Shown piece by piece: positions 1 through 12,794 of a stretch of 64,000 bases of DNA (its first letter is position 1; each line of letters begins with the position of its first letter). Below the pieces are notes generated by a model. That model worked only from the letters and a program-made list of their open reading frames with translations, was not told the origin of the DNA and searched no databases. This stretch comes from Bugula neritina (lineage: Eukaryota > Animalia > Bryozoa). The stretch lies in NCBI GenBank assembly GCA_964035545.1, contig OZ037767.1, positions 16,362,581 through 16,426,580 on the forward strand. The letters run 5' to 3'. The position numbers and the translations under genes were made by a program.

Positions 1-2368
1 GGCTTGCCGCTCTGAAACACAGTAAAGTATCCCATCATACTAAAACTTATTTTAATGGAGTAATAGATAAATCAAAATGATTGCCCAAAGTTAACAGCAA
101 ACGTTATGATAAACTCAGTCACAGTACTTTCTTTATTCTGCTTTATTCTCAACCACATGGAGATAATAGATGCAATGATAACAAAGGTAGGATTATCAGC
201 ATGTCATAATATGAATAGCATGCAGGATACAGCCAATGTGACTCAACTTTAATACAGACACACAGTCATATAGAAGATGCTCTGATCAGATAACACCAGA
301 GCAGAATAAACACATTGAATCACCTTGCTCGTTGACTTTGTCCATTTGCCAGCTTCTTTGACATTCTCTTTAGTATTGGGCAAACCTCGATTGCGATTGG
401 ATGGATTGGCAAGAGTGGGTGGAGCATTCTCACCAGTGTAAATCTGCAGAAGAAGCAGAGAAATGAGTGTTTTCTGCTAAATAAAAGGTGAGGGAGAGCT
501 ACAGAACATACTGGTAAATAAAAGGTAAGCCCACCTGTATAGGTTTCTGCTGTTTTTGCTGCACTGCTGACGGCTGCAGGACTACACTGCGCCCGGGTCT
601 AGAGGAAGAGGCCCTGTCAGCTGGTACGGCGCCTCTCTTGGTCAGGGCTAGCGGTGCCAGTGAGTGGCGCTCACTCTCCGCCGGCTCTTCCGGCTCGTCG
701 ACGACTGAGACTGCTGCTATGGCTTGACGACACGTTCGTGTGAGAAAGGCACTGCAAAGAATATCAGCCATTCCTACAACTCTCTATACGTGTATAACTT
801 ACTCTGTCTATATATAACTTCCTCTATCAGTATATAACTTACTTTGTCTGTATATAACTTACTCTATCTGTATATAACTTACTCTGTACGTGTATAACTT
901 ACTCTGTATGTATATAACTTACTCTATCTGTATATACTTACTCTATCTGTATATAACTTACTCTATCTGTATATAACTTACTCTATCTGTATATAACTTA
1001 CTCTATCTGTATATAACTTACTCTGTCTGTATATAACTTACTCTGTATGTTTATAACTTACTCTATCTGTATATAACTTACTCTATCTGTATATAACTTA
1101 CTCTATCTGTATATAACTTACTCTATCTGTATATAACTTACTCTCGGTATTTCTTCAAAGTGTTCAAAGGCTGAGCATCAGCACTGATGCCCTCCAGTAG
1201 GATTCTGTCTGCCCGCTTGGTGTCTCCCTGTTCCTCTACACACGTAGCCCAGGCCACGTAAAAGGCCGTCATCTGCACGCCAATAGACTTGCTTTTCATG
1301 TATTGGAACATCTCATTGGGCTCACTAAACTTTCCACACTGTATAAAATACAGAGTTTTATCACTAGTTATACTGGGCTGGTTACTCTTTTAACTCATAT
1401 TTTAATTTTGTAACATTACCCTATGTCTAAATCAGCGAACTCAATAGCCTCAACTTTGCAGATTGATTATAAAACCTGCACTTGATAGCAATGAACTTAC
1501 AAAATGAATCCAGATTTGAACAAATCTGTCATCGTTGTTGTATTGATCTGTGTTCTTAAAGTTCATCACGCAGGCCTTCAACAGCTGAGTCAGCTGGCTA
1601 GACTTCCCTCCACTCGGGTAGTTCTGCTCAGTCCAGTTTATATAACTATGCCACACGGAGAGGGGGTCGTCTCCCTCGTATGACCGTAGTGCTAGCTCAT
1701 ATTTCCTAGAGAAGTGTTGAATAATTGTTACATATAAACTAGGTATGTTGCAAGACAAACTCAAAGTGTTGCATCTTTTACTTTTAGATCAAAGTCTTAG
1801 AGTTAGTACATGCATTTGAAATATTGTTACAAGTTACAGTCTCACTTTAACTTTTACTTTTAGTAATTTAAATTATAATTAACAACTACTGAACTAGTAG
1901 TAGTACTACTAGTAGTAGTAGTACAGTACTAGTAGTAGTACAGTACTAGTAGTAGTACAGTACTAGTACTAGTAGTAGTACTACCATTGTCCATTGGCAT
2001 TTAGCAGTTTGTTGTGCTATTGATAATTGCCAAGCACTTAGTCGCATGCATACTAATCTGCATACTCCATCTCATACTCATAGACTGATAGTGATAGTCA
2101 CTATGACATTGACTATCACTATGACTATCAGTATCACTATCACTATGAGTATCACTATCAGTATGTCTATGATACTGATACTGAGTGATAGTCATACTCA
2201 CTCTTTCTCAACTTTTAGTTTTGCAGACACGTCGAAATCGGATATTGCGTTTAACCCAGTGTTTAACTTTCTGGCACTGCGACCTTCCTTTCTTGGTTGG
2301 ACGTTCTCCTTGCTTTTTTCCCATTCTGGGGTATCATAGCCGTCGTCATCTTCGCCTTTGCGCTCCAT
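1..2368 (-). CDS. BUB1B: Spindle checkpoint protein BubR1/Mad3-Bub1 (MadBub), 5' part; runs off the window
   Basis: Exons 2202-2368, 1501-1705, 1142-1338, 535-751, 324-443 and <1-11, all GT-AG and phase-consistent. The translation has KEN1 (EWEKSKENVQPRKEGR), the Mad3/Bub1 TPR region (GDDPLSVWHSYINWTEQNYPSGG...YNNDDRFVQIW...FYVAWA), an ABBA-like IQIYTGE and KEN2 (KENVKEAGKW). The kinase domain is not in the window, so BUB1B versus unduplicated MadBub cannot be decided. Confidence 0.9.
781..1141. repeat. 20-bp minisatellite (CTCTATCTGTATATAACTTA)n, about 18 copies, in BubR1 intron 3
   Basis: Directly visible. On the gene strand each unit carries AGA|GTAAGT, identical to the real donor at 1141. 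Confidence 0.95.
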
Positions 2369-2738
2369 TTTTAAATATCTTCAGTTTTCCCGAACTTGCA
2401 ACAGGCTCATTGATTATTGGTCGGTCTTTACTTCAATCGAATTTTATCGATACGACCGCTGTGACTTGTACGAGAGATTTCGGCTTATAGAACAATATTG
2501 ACATAAGTTGGTCGAAAAATTAAGGGTTGTCCTTCTTACACTAAGCAATGGCTCGCTCGACACGACTTTTGTTTTAGTAGAAAACAACTCCTAAGTTCTA
2601 AAAATGTTCGCGTTTGTGTCACGTGTCTGTTTCTTCCATATTGAATACCTGGATCAATTCATCTGAATACGTTTTTATAACTTCTTTTTTCTATATAAGT
2701 AGAATCAGAAATTTGTTGTTATTTTTCATTCAAATCCG
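2369..2738. promoter_or_regulatory. Putative bidirectional promoter for BubR1 and NOVA
   Basis: Divergent ATGs at 2368 (-) and 2739 (+) are only 370 bp apart. The interval is CpG-richer than its flanks. Confidence 0.65.
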
Positions 2739-5700
2739 ATGGAGATGCAATCAGATTCTCGTAAACGACCTTTAGATTCAGATGGGGATGATGGCATTAC
2801 TAAGAGATCTAATCAAGGAAACCTAGGTAAAACTTGAATATTAAGTTAACTAATTATTATTAACTTCAACTTGAAGTTAAAGTTAAACATATTCATATTG
2901 ATATAAACTTAAAGTTAAACTACAAGCTCAACCATGTTTAAGTTCATGTTGTTCAAGGTCAATCTGAATATGTTAGACTTTGTGGCGAATTTGACCACGC
3001 TTGACGTTTTGACCTGAATAAACTAGTGTAACTGTAAGTTCTCGGCAGTAAATTAATAATTGAATTTGATGTGATCACACTTTCACTTTGAGTTTAAGTT
3101 AAAAATTTAATAAAATTAATTCAATTTTAATTCAAGTTGAATTTGAAGTGTTACGTTATTCACTTATTGTTAATCATTATGATTATAATTATTAATTATT
3201 AAAAATGCAATTACATAAATCATGTTCATCGGCCATTTGTATTGACATTGTTTACAGTTTTATCAAATTCGATATGAATATGATAGTATTAGTTTTAACT
3301 TTAGATTGAAACGGCTGCGGTAGTAAATGGAAGAACACTTATTAAAGTTCTTGTGAATTAAACCTAAACACTTTCAATTTAAAAATTTTATAAGATAGCA
3401 AATGAAAAACGACAGTTCAGTTTTTTTTTGTTGAACATACAAAACTTTTCATTCTCATTTTAGGCTTTCAACACGCACCACACACTAATACCCTGTCTTT
3501 CGTTGCATTTTTATCACAACCTACGCTTATGTAAAACAAATAAAATTTAAATGAAATATTCTTTGAAATCTAGCTTGGTTATTGTGAGAACTTCACTGTA
3601 GTTTTATGAATCTGAGAAGTTTGCTATTGATAATTTGAATCAGCTATTATGAGAAACCATTGCTCAGTAGCAGCCATGAACTATCATTTTAAAGAGGAGC
3701 ATTAGGCACTGCTCTACCACAAATTATGCTCCACCTTCTTCTCCGTTTTAGATCCACAGACTCGAGATGATGTTCACCTGAAAATGCTAGTGCCGAGCTG
3801 TGCGGCCGGCGCTGTTATTGGAAAGGGTGGGGAGACAATTGGGAAACTTCAAAGAGATTCTACTGCCAAAATGAAAATGTCTAAAAACCAGGATACTTTC
3901 CCAGGTAGAACTCATCTGTAGCTCACAATTTTAGGCCTGCTTACCTCCAGTTCACCTTTGTTGGTAGTTCAGTTATGTTGCACTCCTTGTAATAAAATGT
4001 CATTATTCAGGAGTTGCATTCCCCTTTGTTCTCAATGTATATGACAAATAATATGACAACCTTATTTTTGCTATTTGTGTGTGTAAAGACTTTTGAGCTT
4101 TATTCTTCAAATTATGTAAGACATGCTGTAAAGGTATGACTAATGTACAATACCAGTACGAGTCATGTGTATAATCTCCTTCACAGGCACATCTGAAAGA
4201 GTCTGTCTCATTGTTGGCACCGTGTCGGCCTGCCAGAAAGCGCATGAAGATGTCGCGCAAATCATCTATGATAAACCGGATCCACAGCCGAAACCAAGCG
4301 GAGATGGTGACGGGAAAATCAACTATCAGCGTCACCAACAGGTATTAGAACTTCATATAATACTTAGACTTGTACCGGTGTAGCTGCGCTTTTAAGCAAC
4401 TATATGAGACTTGTCTGCCTGCTGTTCAAGAGCTAGTTTGAATTTGATATAAAGTTTATGTTCGCCAGAAAATTATATCAGAATATTTTATTTCTTATTT
4501 TAAATGTAAATAAAATGTTTGTTGCCTGTTGGAGAAAACTGAAAGATTGATTGATTGATTGATTTATTACATATCACAAACATGACAACACGTTGCAAAA
4601 TTCAGTGTAAATACTGGCTATAATAAGTAGGAATGAACAAAAATAAGAGAAAAAAAAATCAAAACTCTGTTGGATTATTTAAAATAGAAGCTCATTTAAA
4701 GTATTTACAAGATGTCGCAAGAAGCTATCTCTGCCCCATGCCCCTCTATATTTGATGGTTCGATATCTTCCAGAAGGGCATTGACTCAGAAAGTTATTGA
4801 TGAAATGGTCATTGTCTATTATATATTTGATGGCAAGTTCTTTAGTGAGTTTCTGAATGTGCAAATCAATGTTTAGATACTCAATTCCGAGTTTTGAGCA
4901 ATCTTTGAGAATTCTTCGAATAGCCTTTTTATCACTGGCATAGATACAAGTAAAAATAGTAGGTAGACAATAGGCGATGCGGGACATGATGAAACTTTTG
5001 AATAACATATTTGCTAGAGGTTTAGAGCTAAGATTCGCAAAATTCTTCACAATATACATTCTTCTTGATACTGTTGTTACTACTGATTGTACATGTTCAT
5101 GAAATCTCAAATTTTGATCCACTAACACACCAAGATATCTCACTTTTTCAGACAATACAATGTTTGTTTCATTCAATACAAGAGTAGGGGTATGAGGTTT
5201 CGCACGTTGGGTTGAGAACATCATTTCTTGGGTCTTGCTAGGCTAGGCTAAGGGAGTTACTTTGTATTTCTTGGCTAACTGACCCAAGGGTCTACGTATT
5301 CAGGCTTGCCAGTAACTGTATATGTTGTTTCACAGACCAAGTTCCTCGTACCTAATGCAAGTGCCGGAGTGATCATTGGCAAGGGCGGGGCATACATAAA
5401 AGAGCTGAAGGAATCCAGCGGAGCCCATGTCAACGTGTCGCACAAAGGAGAGAACCCAGAGAGGATTGTTACAGTCTCAGGTGAGAAGTAAAATTAGTTT
5501 GCTCTAGTTGAGGCTGTTTCTTTTACTCGTGCCTTGCTAACGGCAGCATTGTGCAGGACTTGCTGATTCATTATGTCACCTTGTATACGTCATAATGTCA
5601 GAGAGTTGATGTCTCATCAAAACTTACTAAACCTCCAGGTGATTCCTCGGAGATCAGAGCAGCCATGGGGATGTTGTTGGAGAAGTTGGCAGCTGACCCA

Positions 5701-7217
5701 CAGAGCTCCCTCTACCCCAGTCTAAACTATGCCAACATGCATTCCGGGTATGTGTGTTAGCTCTCTCTATCCCAGTCTAAACTATGCCAACATGCATTCT
5801 GGGTATGTGTGTTCCCCTTACTATACTGAACACAGGCCCTCGTATTTGTAGTTCGCACATAGAATAAAATACTTACTTTTTTTCTCTTAGACCTTTACTT
5901 GTCATAATTATTATGCAGTTGTATTCATCATTCAACAGTTTTAATTCAAGTGTAAGCTGACTGTCCAGAACATCTGGCAGTTGTTGCCATTCAAGTGTAG
6001 CCGTAGTATTGGTAAGTGACGTCATGTCTAAAGCTTCATAGAATTGATTTATATTCACAGCGGAAACATGGCGTCTGCTAGCAGCTCATTCTCCAGTTTG
6101 AACAACAGCTCAATGGGTGGCATGAACATGGGAGGAATGGGTGGGGGCGGTAGCAACATGACCCCTCACCAGGTACAGCAAGCTGCTCAGAGTCTCAGCA
6201 ATAGTGAGTACTAAAGCGTATATCAAATACACACTACTATAGCATATGTGTTATGGTAACTGTATGACATAAGGAAACTGAACACTGGTCATGGTTTAAT
6301 CTACCTCCATATATCTATTTCTATCACTTCTCAATCAATCAAACTTTCCTACACATTTCTTTATCCAATGGGTAGTAATGTTGTTAGTCGTGCCTCTTAG
6401 CTGGTCCCTTAGGAATCACACTGTCTGCCTCATTACAGTGATGAGAAGTTTCAACAACCTGGGCAGTGGTATCAACAACCTGAATATTGGTACCCGTCCA
6501 CGCAACCCAGTGTTGGAGCAACTCATACAGACCCTGAAGCTCACAGGCTACACGGATTCAGCTGCGGAGGAAATAGCCACTGCCCTGGCCACACTAGCCA
6601 ACTACGGAGTGCTCAGTCTAACTGGAGGTAGTTTACTCGGTAATCTCATGAACCTCAACCGTCTCAATAATGGTTCTCCGGCTGCCAATGGCAGTCAATC
6701 TTCTGTACCTTCATTACTCGGAGCAACGCAGGGCTCTAGAACTGATGGCCAGTCTGCTTTTGGTAGCTCTGATGATGACAGTGCCTCTCTCTTAAGACAG
6801 CTCACACAAACACTGGCTCGCGGCAAAACTGGGGGCGGTGCTGATGGGTATGCAGGCGTCAAAGACGAGCCTGGTGTCTACAATAGTGGCTCGCTTTTTG
6901 ATAGTAGCGGCGGTTACGGTGGGTTTGGCGGTCAGCCAGGGTCAAATAGTCCCGAGCCTCAGGAAAATCAAGAGATTGAGGTTGCTGAAAATCTCGCTGG
7001 GGCAATTATCGGCCAGCAAGGCAGGGGTATTACAGAAATCCAACACTTGACTGGCGCTAGCGTTTCCGTAAGCAGAAGAGGTGTGTATGCGCCTGGCACT
7101 CAAAATAGAGTCGTTACTATAACCGGGGCGGCGTCTTATGTTGCTAAAGCCGCTATGATTGTGCGGCAAAAAATTCAAGAGGCTGAGCAAAGGCGAGCCG
7201 CGCAGACATCGTACTGA
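2739..7217 (+). CDS. NOVA: RNA-binding protein Nova/pasilla (three KH domains)
   Basis: Exons 2739-2826, 3752-3904, 4187-4341, 5336-5480, 5639-5747, 6061-6203 and 6439-7217. N-terminal [11 protein letters not shown]...TKRSN. KH1 [21 protein letters not shown]...[13 protein letters not shown]2 [21 protein letters not shown]...ERIVTVSG with ADPQSS.Y..LNYAN, and KH3 [14 protein letters not shown]...[13 protein letters not shown]. Confidence 0.93.
4545..5240 (-). mobile_element. 5'-truncated LINE (L2/CR1 group), 3' end of ORF2, antisense in NOVA intron 3
   Basis: The ORF contains the post-RT motifs [34 protein letters not shown] and PSGRYR. It is followed by AATAAA (4563-4568) and an (AATC)n tail (4545-4564). 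Confidence 0.85.
5704..5813 (+). repeat. 55-bp tandem duplication spanning the end of NOVA exon 5 and its donor
   Basis: 5704-5758 versus 5759-5813, about 3 mismatches. Both copies contain GG|GTATGT. Confidence 0.9.
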
Positions 7218-10164
7218 GTTGTTTTTTACCATCAGCATGGCTACCCAGACCCGCACTGCCCATAACTAGCTGCATTTTCATATCGGCATTCATTTATACC
7301 AACAAGTTTTCTGTGTCGCTATAATCATCGCTCTCTCCTAGCATTTTGTAAATATCTCGTGTTTTGGTGATCTTGTCATTTAAGTCATTCACAATTTCAA
7401 GTTTCTAGAGGCTACAATTCATACGACTTATTATCCTTCTTGTATTTTATATGTTATTATTATTCATACAAATTGTATTTTGTAGCTCTGTAACACTTCA
7501 TTCCACGTCTAGTGGAATTCTTTGTATCACAAGGGGTTCATATGAAAGTCTTTGTGAATTTCTTCTTTTTCATCAATTTATTCTTTTGTCATATTATAGT
7601 CATTAAAATACATGAAGCATCATGCACGCAATACACAAACTTGTACTGTCTGTCAACCTAACTCTCCAGCTGTGCTGTGTAAGTAAGTCAGGAAGTAACC
7701 ATTCAAGTCTCATGCTCTCTCATCTAGTCAATTTAGTAGCCATATATGGCAAGTATAACGTTGGGACATCTCAATTAACTCTAAGTAACTGCCAACTAAC
7801 CTTGCATGGACAGGGCCTGCTAATTTAAAAGATCTTATCATGTTACTCTTCCACAACCAACGCAAATGGTTCAAGCTGGAAGACTGCAAATGTCTTATGC
7901 GCCATTTATTTAAAATTTGTCAGACTATCATCCTTTCCATAACAGTTCTGATATTAGCTCATGCATTCAGCTAACTATTTCAGTCTTACATGTTATGCAT
8001 GCCTATTCTTATATACTACCTAAACACTCCGATCGTCCCAGTCAAATGACGTCATCCGCTATCAGCCAATCAAACATCACATCACGGTAAGCCTGTACCA
8101 CTCTTCTACCATACACCTGGTTTGCTTCTAGTGCAATGTGTGTTAGCGCCACCCTATCATGCTTCATAAAATACGTGTCTATTGGCCTTAACAAATCTGT
8201 TTTCTTAACTTCACCTTACGTGCTTTCCGACCTTTCTATTAGCTTTATCTTGTTTATTCCTACAAACACGTTATCTGGCAGCAATTTTAAACACATTTGT
8301 ATCTTACGGTGAAACAACTCCTGGAGCTCTATTAGTTTCCAATTCTAAACCTTTTCCTGTCTTCTGAAACTGCTGTCCCTTTGGCTCAAGTAACTTCATG
8401 TCTAACGCAAAGTGTCTTTAAATCTGAGGTTTGCCCATGTCTATATTGATTTTGTAATTTTAGCTGAATTCTCAGAAGCTGCAGCTGCTTAGTAAGTGGT
8501 GAGATGGATCTGGATTTATTTTGGAGTATATTGAGCCGCCTTAAATGTGGTAAGTGTGAATAGTATTGGATCTCAGTTTAGTTGCTGTGTGAACGCCGCT
8601 GATTTATGAAGATATGTTTTATTTATTAGCTAATGAAGCACGTCTGGGATCTGGCCAGCTAGAATGACTTGTGGCAAGGTGTTCCAGACCCATACTTGGA
8701 ATCTTCTGTACCCCATGGTAAGTTCAGTTGTGATTAGTTTGTTCCAAAGCAATCTTTCCGATACCATGTGCTGAAGCAAATTGGTCTACTCACTGGAAAT
8801 ACTCAACCGCCATTGTAAAGTATGGCTGGTAAATTATGGCATTATGTGACATCATAGTCTAATACATGTTAATGAAAGAGGTAGGTGCAGTTGTGGAGAA
8901 ATTAGGAAAAGCCTGTGATCTAGATTAGAAATGTTGCATAAGAAATTATGTTCTCACAGAATTTTAGCCCATGCCCAAACCAAAGTTTAAGAAAAAGTTA
9001 AAGAGCTTAGGCTATGTCAATTTCTCCACTACTGCTCCTAAATGTAATTAAACAACTTGTTACAGGAAATATGCTCCACATACTGTTTCCTCTGTGTAGT
9101 TTTATTCTTTACACTTCTGTCTTAAAATGCTACTCATTTGTGTTTTTATAGATTAATGAACCAGACTGGGGCAGCCTTTCCGTTGTGGAACTTAAGGAAT
9201 CATGCAGTCTTATTGTGATATTGATTTCTGCTTTTACTAATCTTTCAGCTGAAATATGTTGTATATATTTTTGTTGCTGTTTATTTGAAATTCAAATGTA
9301 CTGATAAAAACGTTGAATGTTTTTTTGGTATAATTGACTGTATTAATATAAGTATGGCCTGTTACCTACTTACTGAATACATTGACTAGTATTTTAGTGG
9401 CATCACGTAACTATGGATGCACCAATTAGCATATAACAGCAGTTAACTGCAATAAAACACTTGAAAAATTGTTAGTTTTATATTTATCAGTCTATGATTT
9501 CACACGATTTACCAACTCCAATCAACTCTTCATAGTCAAGTAGATATTCCAGATTCCTAAAATCGCCATCTAGAGAGGCAATGGCTATTCAGTACCTAAT
9601 GGTTATCAAGCATTGAACTATATAAGGCCCATAACGTGACTCAACATATTGCATAAATATATATAACTGACCAATCATGAAAAGCTCTGACCCTTCAGAA
9701 AATTAATGTTGAATAATAGAAGTTAGTGTAAAGCGAGCTTATATACTTGAGCATGGTGTAGATAATTGAATGCTACTAGGCTATTGATTAAACAAATGAT
9801 TTGATCCGCAATTAAAATATTCCTAGTATAGCAGTTGCAAACTACTAATCCTCTCAAAGAAAAGCTTGTTTCTATATATTTTATTTGAACATTTTACTGT
9901 CAGAAAGTAAATAAAATGATTCTGCAACACAATGACTGATCAGCATAATCTTGCATGAAGCCACTTATCTCTGGTCATAAACCTCATATAAATGTCATCA
10001 AAAGCTACAAGTACCAATACTAGCCCACAAAGTCGGGTAGTTGTTCAGAAAAAAAAATCACGTTTATAAAACATGCAAGTCATCCTGATATATAAAGCTC
10101 TAATTTGTTGTGCTTGAATAAAGCATTACCAATGCAATAATTAAAGAGTTGGTAGAATGGCTGT

Positions 10165-10641
10165 TTAAAATAACAGGACTAATGCCAAAATTAAGGTCAT
10201 TACAGACAGTAGCATTCGCATCTGTGTGGCACCACTGTAAGTGGAGCACCCTTCAAGTACTAGCCCCTCATTCAGCTCAGTACACTCCTTGGAATCTGTT
10301 GGCTCACATATGCCTGGGTGACTCAAATCAGACACATCTCCTGGAGCCGGATCACCTTAAGACACCAGGAAATGACACCATTATTCATGTGTTGCTACAT
10401 TGATTTGCTCAGACTCAATTTGAATATATAATGAAATACAACTGTGAATAATATTTTCGATTCATTGCCATTTCTGACCATTCAACTATTGGTTATATAC
10501 ATAACATGGTACGATTGTAATATTATGATATATAGTTAGACGATATAATAATACTCATTCATGCAGCAAAATTCTTAATATCTGAATGCATGCTTGATAT
10601 GATTTGGTAACACAATACTGAATACATTCGTACATCAATTG

Positions 10642-10688
<47 letters not shown>

Positions 10689-10709
10689 TATATATATGTG
10701 TGTGTGTGT

Positions 10710-10766
<57 letters not shown>

Positions 10767-12794
10767 AGCATTCCTAATTCTGAAGTGTTGCTATTTAGAA
10801 TCAAATTCAATTTATTTTTATTTTAAGAAATTTTACGTTACTTACTGTACAATTATGTAAAAAAATCAAGATTTATCAATTCAATATATTATTGATTGGC
10901 ATTCCAATACAAATGTCAGCAAATGTTGGCATATTATGATAGGTTAGGTTATTTACCTTCACTCCAGGTGCAGTCTGGGTCTCCCAACTCTTCCCCCATT
11001 AGTCTTACCATCTCCATCTGAGTCAGCTTCGCACAGATATTTTGACCACGACTACAACAAAGTCACAATAATGTCAGTCTATACTATAGATATAAAGTAA
11101 CTTTATAGATGCTTATAAATGTATAAATGTGATTTATAGATATTGTGCTGGCATATACCTGCATGTAAGAGTTTTGCTAAGCTGCAGAAACTCAAATATT
11201 GTTGGTTTTGAAGTGTCACTGGTTAACTTGAGTCGTATATTAGGGCAACAAAATTACCATAATAGAAGTACATATAACTCCCCATACCCTGGCTACAGTT
11301 AATTAGATTCACAATGCCTATATCGCTTTTGTTATGTAGTAAGATATTTCATCAGTCTTTTTCATATATTACCTTTTTCCCAGAATATATGCATGATTCT
11401 ATATATTTTGACTACTATGATGTAATTATTGTGATATAAGATGTGTGATATCATGTATATACCATATGATTTCAAGTGTTGGTGATTAAGTACACAGCCA
11501 AAATTAAAGTGAAACTTTTTCATGGTCCATCGGATTTTGTCATCCTACATTCTAGCTTCATTTAAAAGAAATTTGCCTGTATACAAATCTGTGTTGCCAG
11601 GTATAAAGTGTTTAACATTATATTGCTGTAATTTGTATTGTAGATAATATTCATCAACGGGATATGTAGTATACTGTTATATAATATATTACATACAAGC
11701 TATTACTTGCAGCTGCATATATCTTATAATATTCAGATCAACGGTTGGGTTTTAACAGATAAGGAAACTTCTTTCATGTTTAAAGCTAGTGTTACAGAGG
11801 ACTTAGTGCAGTAAAGTTGGCAGCCATGGTAACAAACATCCATAACTATTGAATATATATATTATGTGAGCAGATTCTAAAGTCAAGTTTCATATCCCCA
11901 GACACCCATAACATGCAAATAAATTTATTTTCATGCATTTATAACTGCAGAGAAAACACAAAACTGTATAAAACAATCAATAATTATATCCTTCCAGAAC
12001 AATCTCTTATTACAATGAATAGTACGCTCTATGAAATAAAAACTCACAGTTCCATTTCCGAAGTCTTTGCCGAAGCTATTTCTCACACCGCCCCCTCCAG
12101 GCACCAAGTGACCCACCCCACCCCACGAGTTGTCATCGCAGGGACTCGGCACTCTGTCTCCATTCGGGATCTTTGACTGGAAAGTCTGGTAACCTTGGGT
12201 GTAGAGTACAAGGCTGGCGACTACCACTAGACTGAATAATAAATAATTGGTACTAAATAATAATATAATACGGTCAGCTTTTAATAAACTGAAGAAAACC
12301 TGCACATAGGTCAGTAAAGTGTATTGTGTAATTAGCAGCATATTGAAAGAACACAATAGCTAGCCTAAAAAATCTAAAACAAGCTGACGGGCACCTTTGT
12401 ATTGGTCAAAGTTTGGCACAATGCCAGTGCCTGCCAGTAGAAATTTTCTCTGTTGTGTAAATATAAACCAACAGGTTTCAGGGTAACATATATTTTCAAA
12501 TCACTCTTTACATTATATTTATATTATTATCACATCATATATCATTAAATTATATTTCATGTTACCTTTTTACATGCATCCCACACCTTTATATACTAGC
12601 CTTTTTATAAGGGCAACTGAAATACTTAAATTCTATCACATCAACGTATTTTAAGCTCAATTCTAGCGTTTACATTAAACTATAATTCATAAATAAAACA
12701 ATTATAGACCATAACATATACAATAATATAGTATGGTTTGTTTAGTTCGTGATAGTTGCTACTTCAACACTTACCAGCTTAGCTTGCCATGCAT
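10165..12794 (-). CDS. Temptin-like secreted/GPI-anchored protein carrying a +1 frameshift (assembly error or null allele)
   Basis: Exons 12775-12794, 12048-12231, 10957-11051 and 10165-10355. Signal peptide MHGKLSCLVVVASLVLYTQG, then YQTFQSKIPNGDRVPSPC..WGGVGH..GGGVRNSFGKDF..WSKYLCEADSDGDGKTNG[EELGDPDCTW]..SHPGICEP, which is the temptin family signature. The bracketed part needs one G removed from the G5 run at 10993-10997. Confidence 0.85.
10644..10766. repeat. (TA)n/(TG)n microsatellite
   Basis: Directly visible. Confidence 0.95.

Noticed and set aside
7010-7030. NOVA KH3 GQQG loop as loss of RNA binding
   Set aside because: GxxG is retained without acidic residues and invertebrate Nova KH3 loops vary, so the evidence is insufficient.
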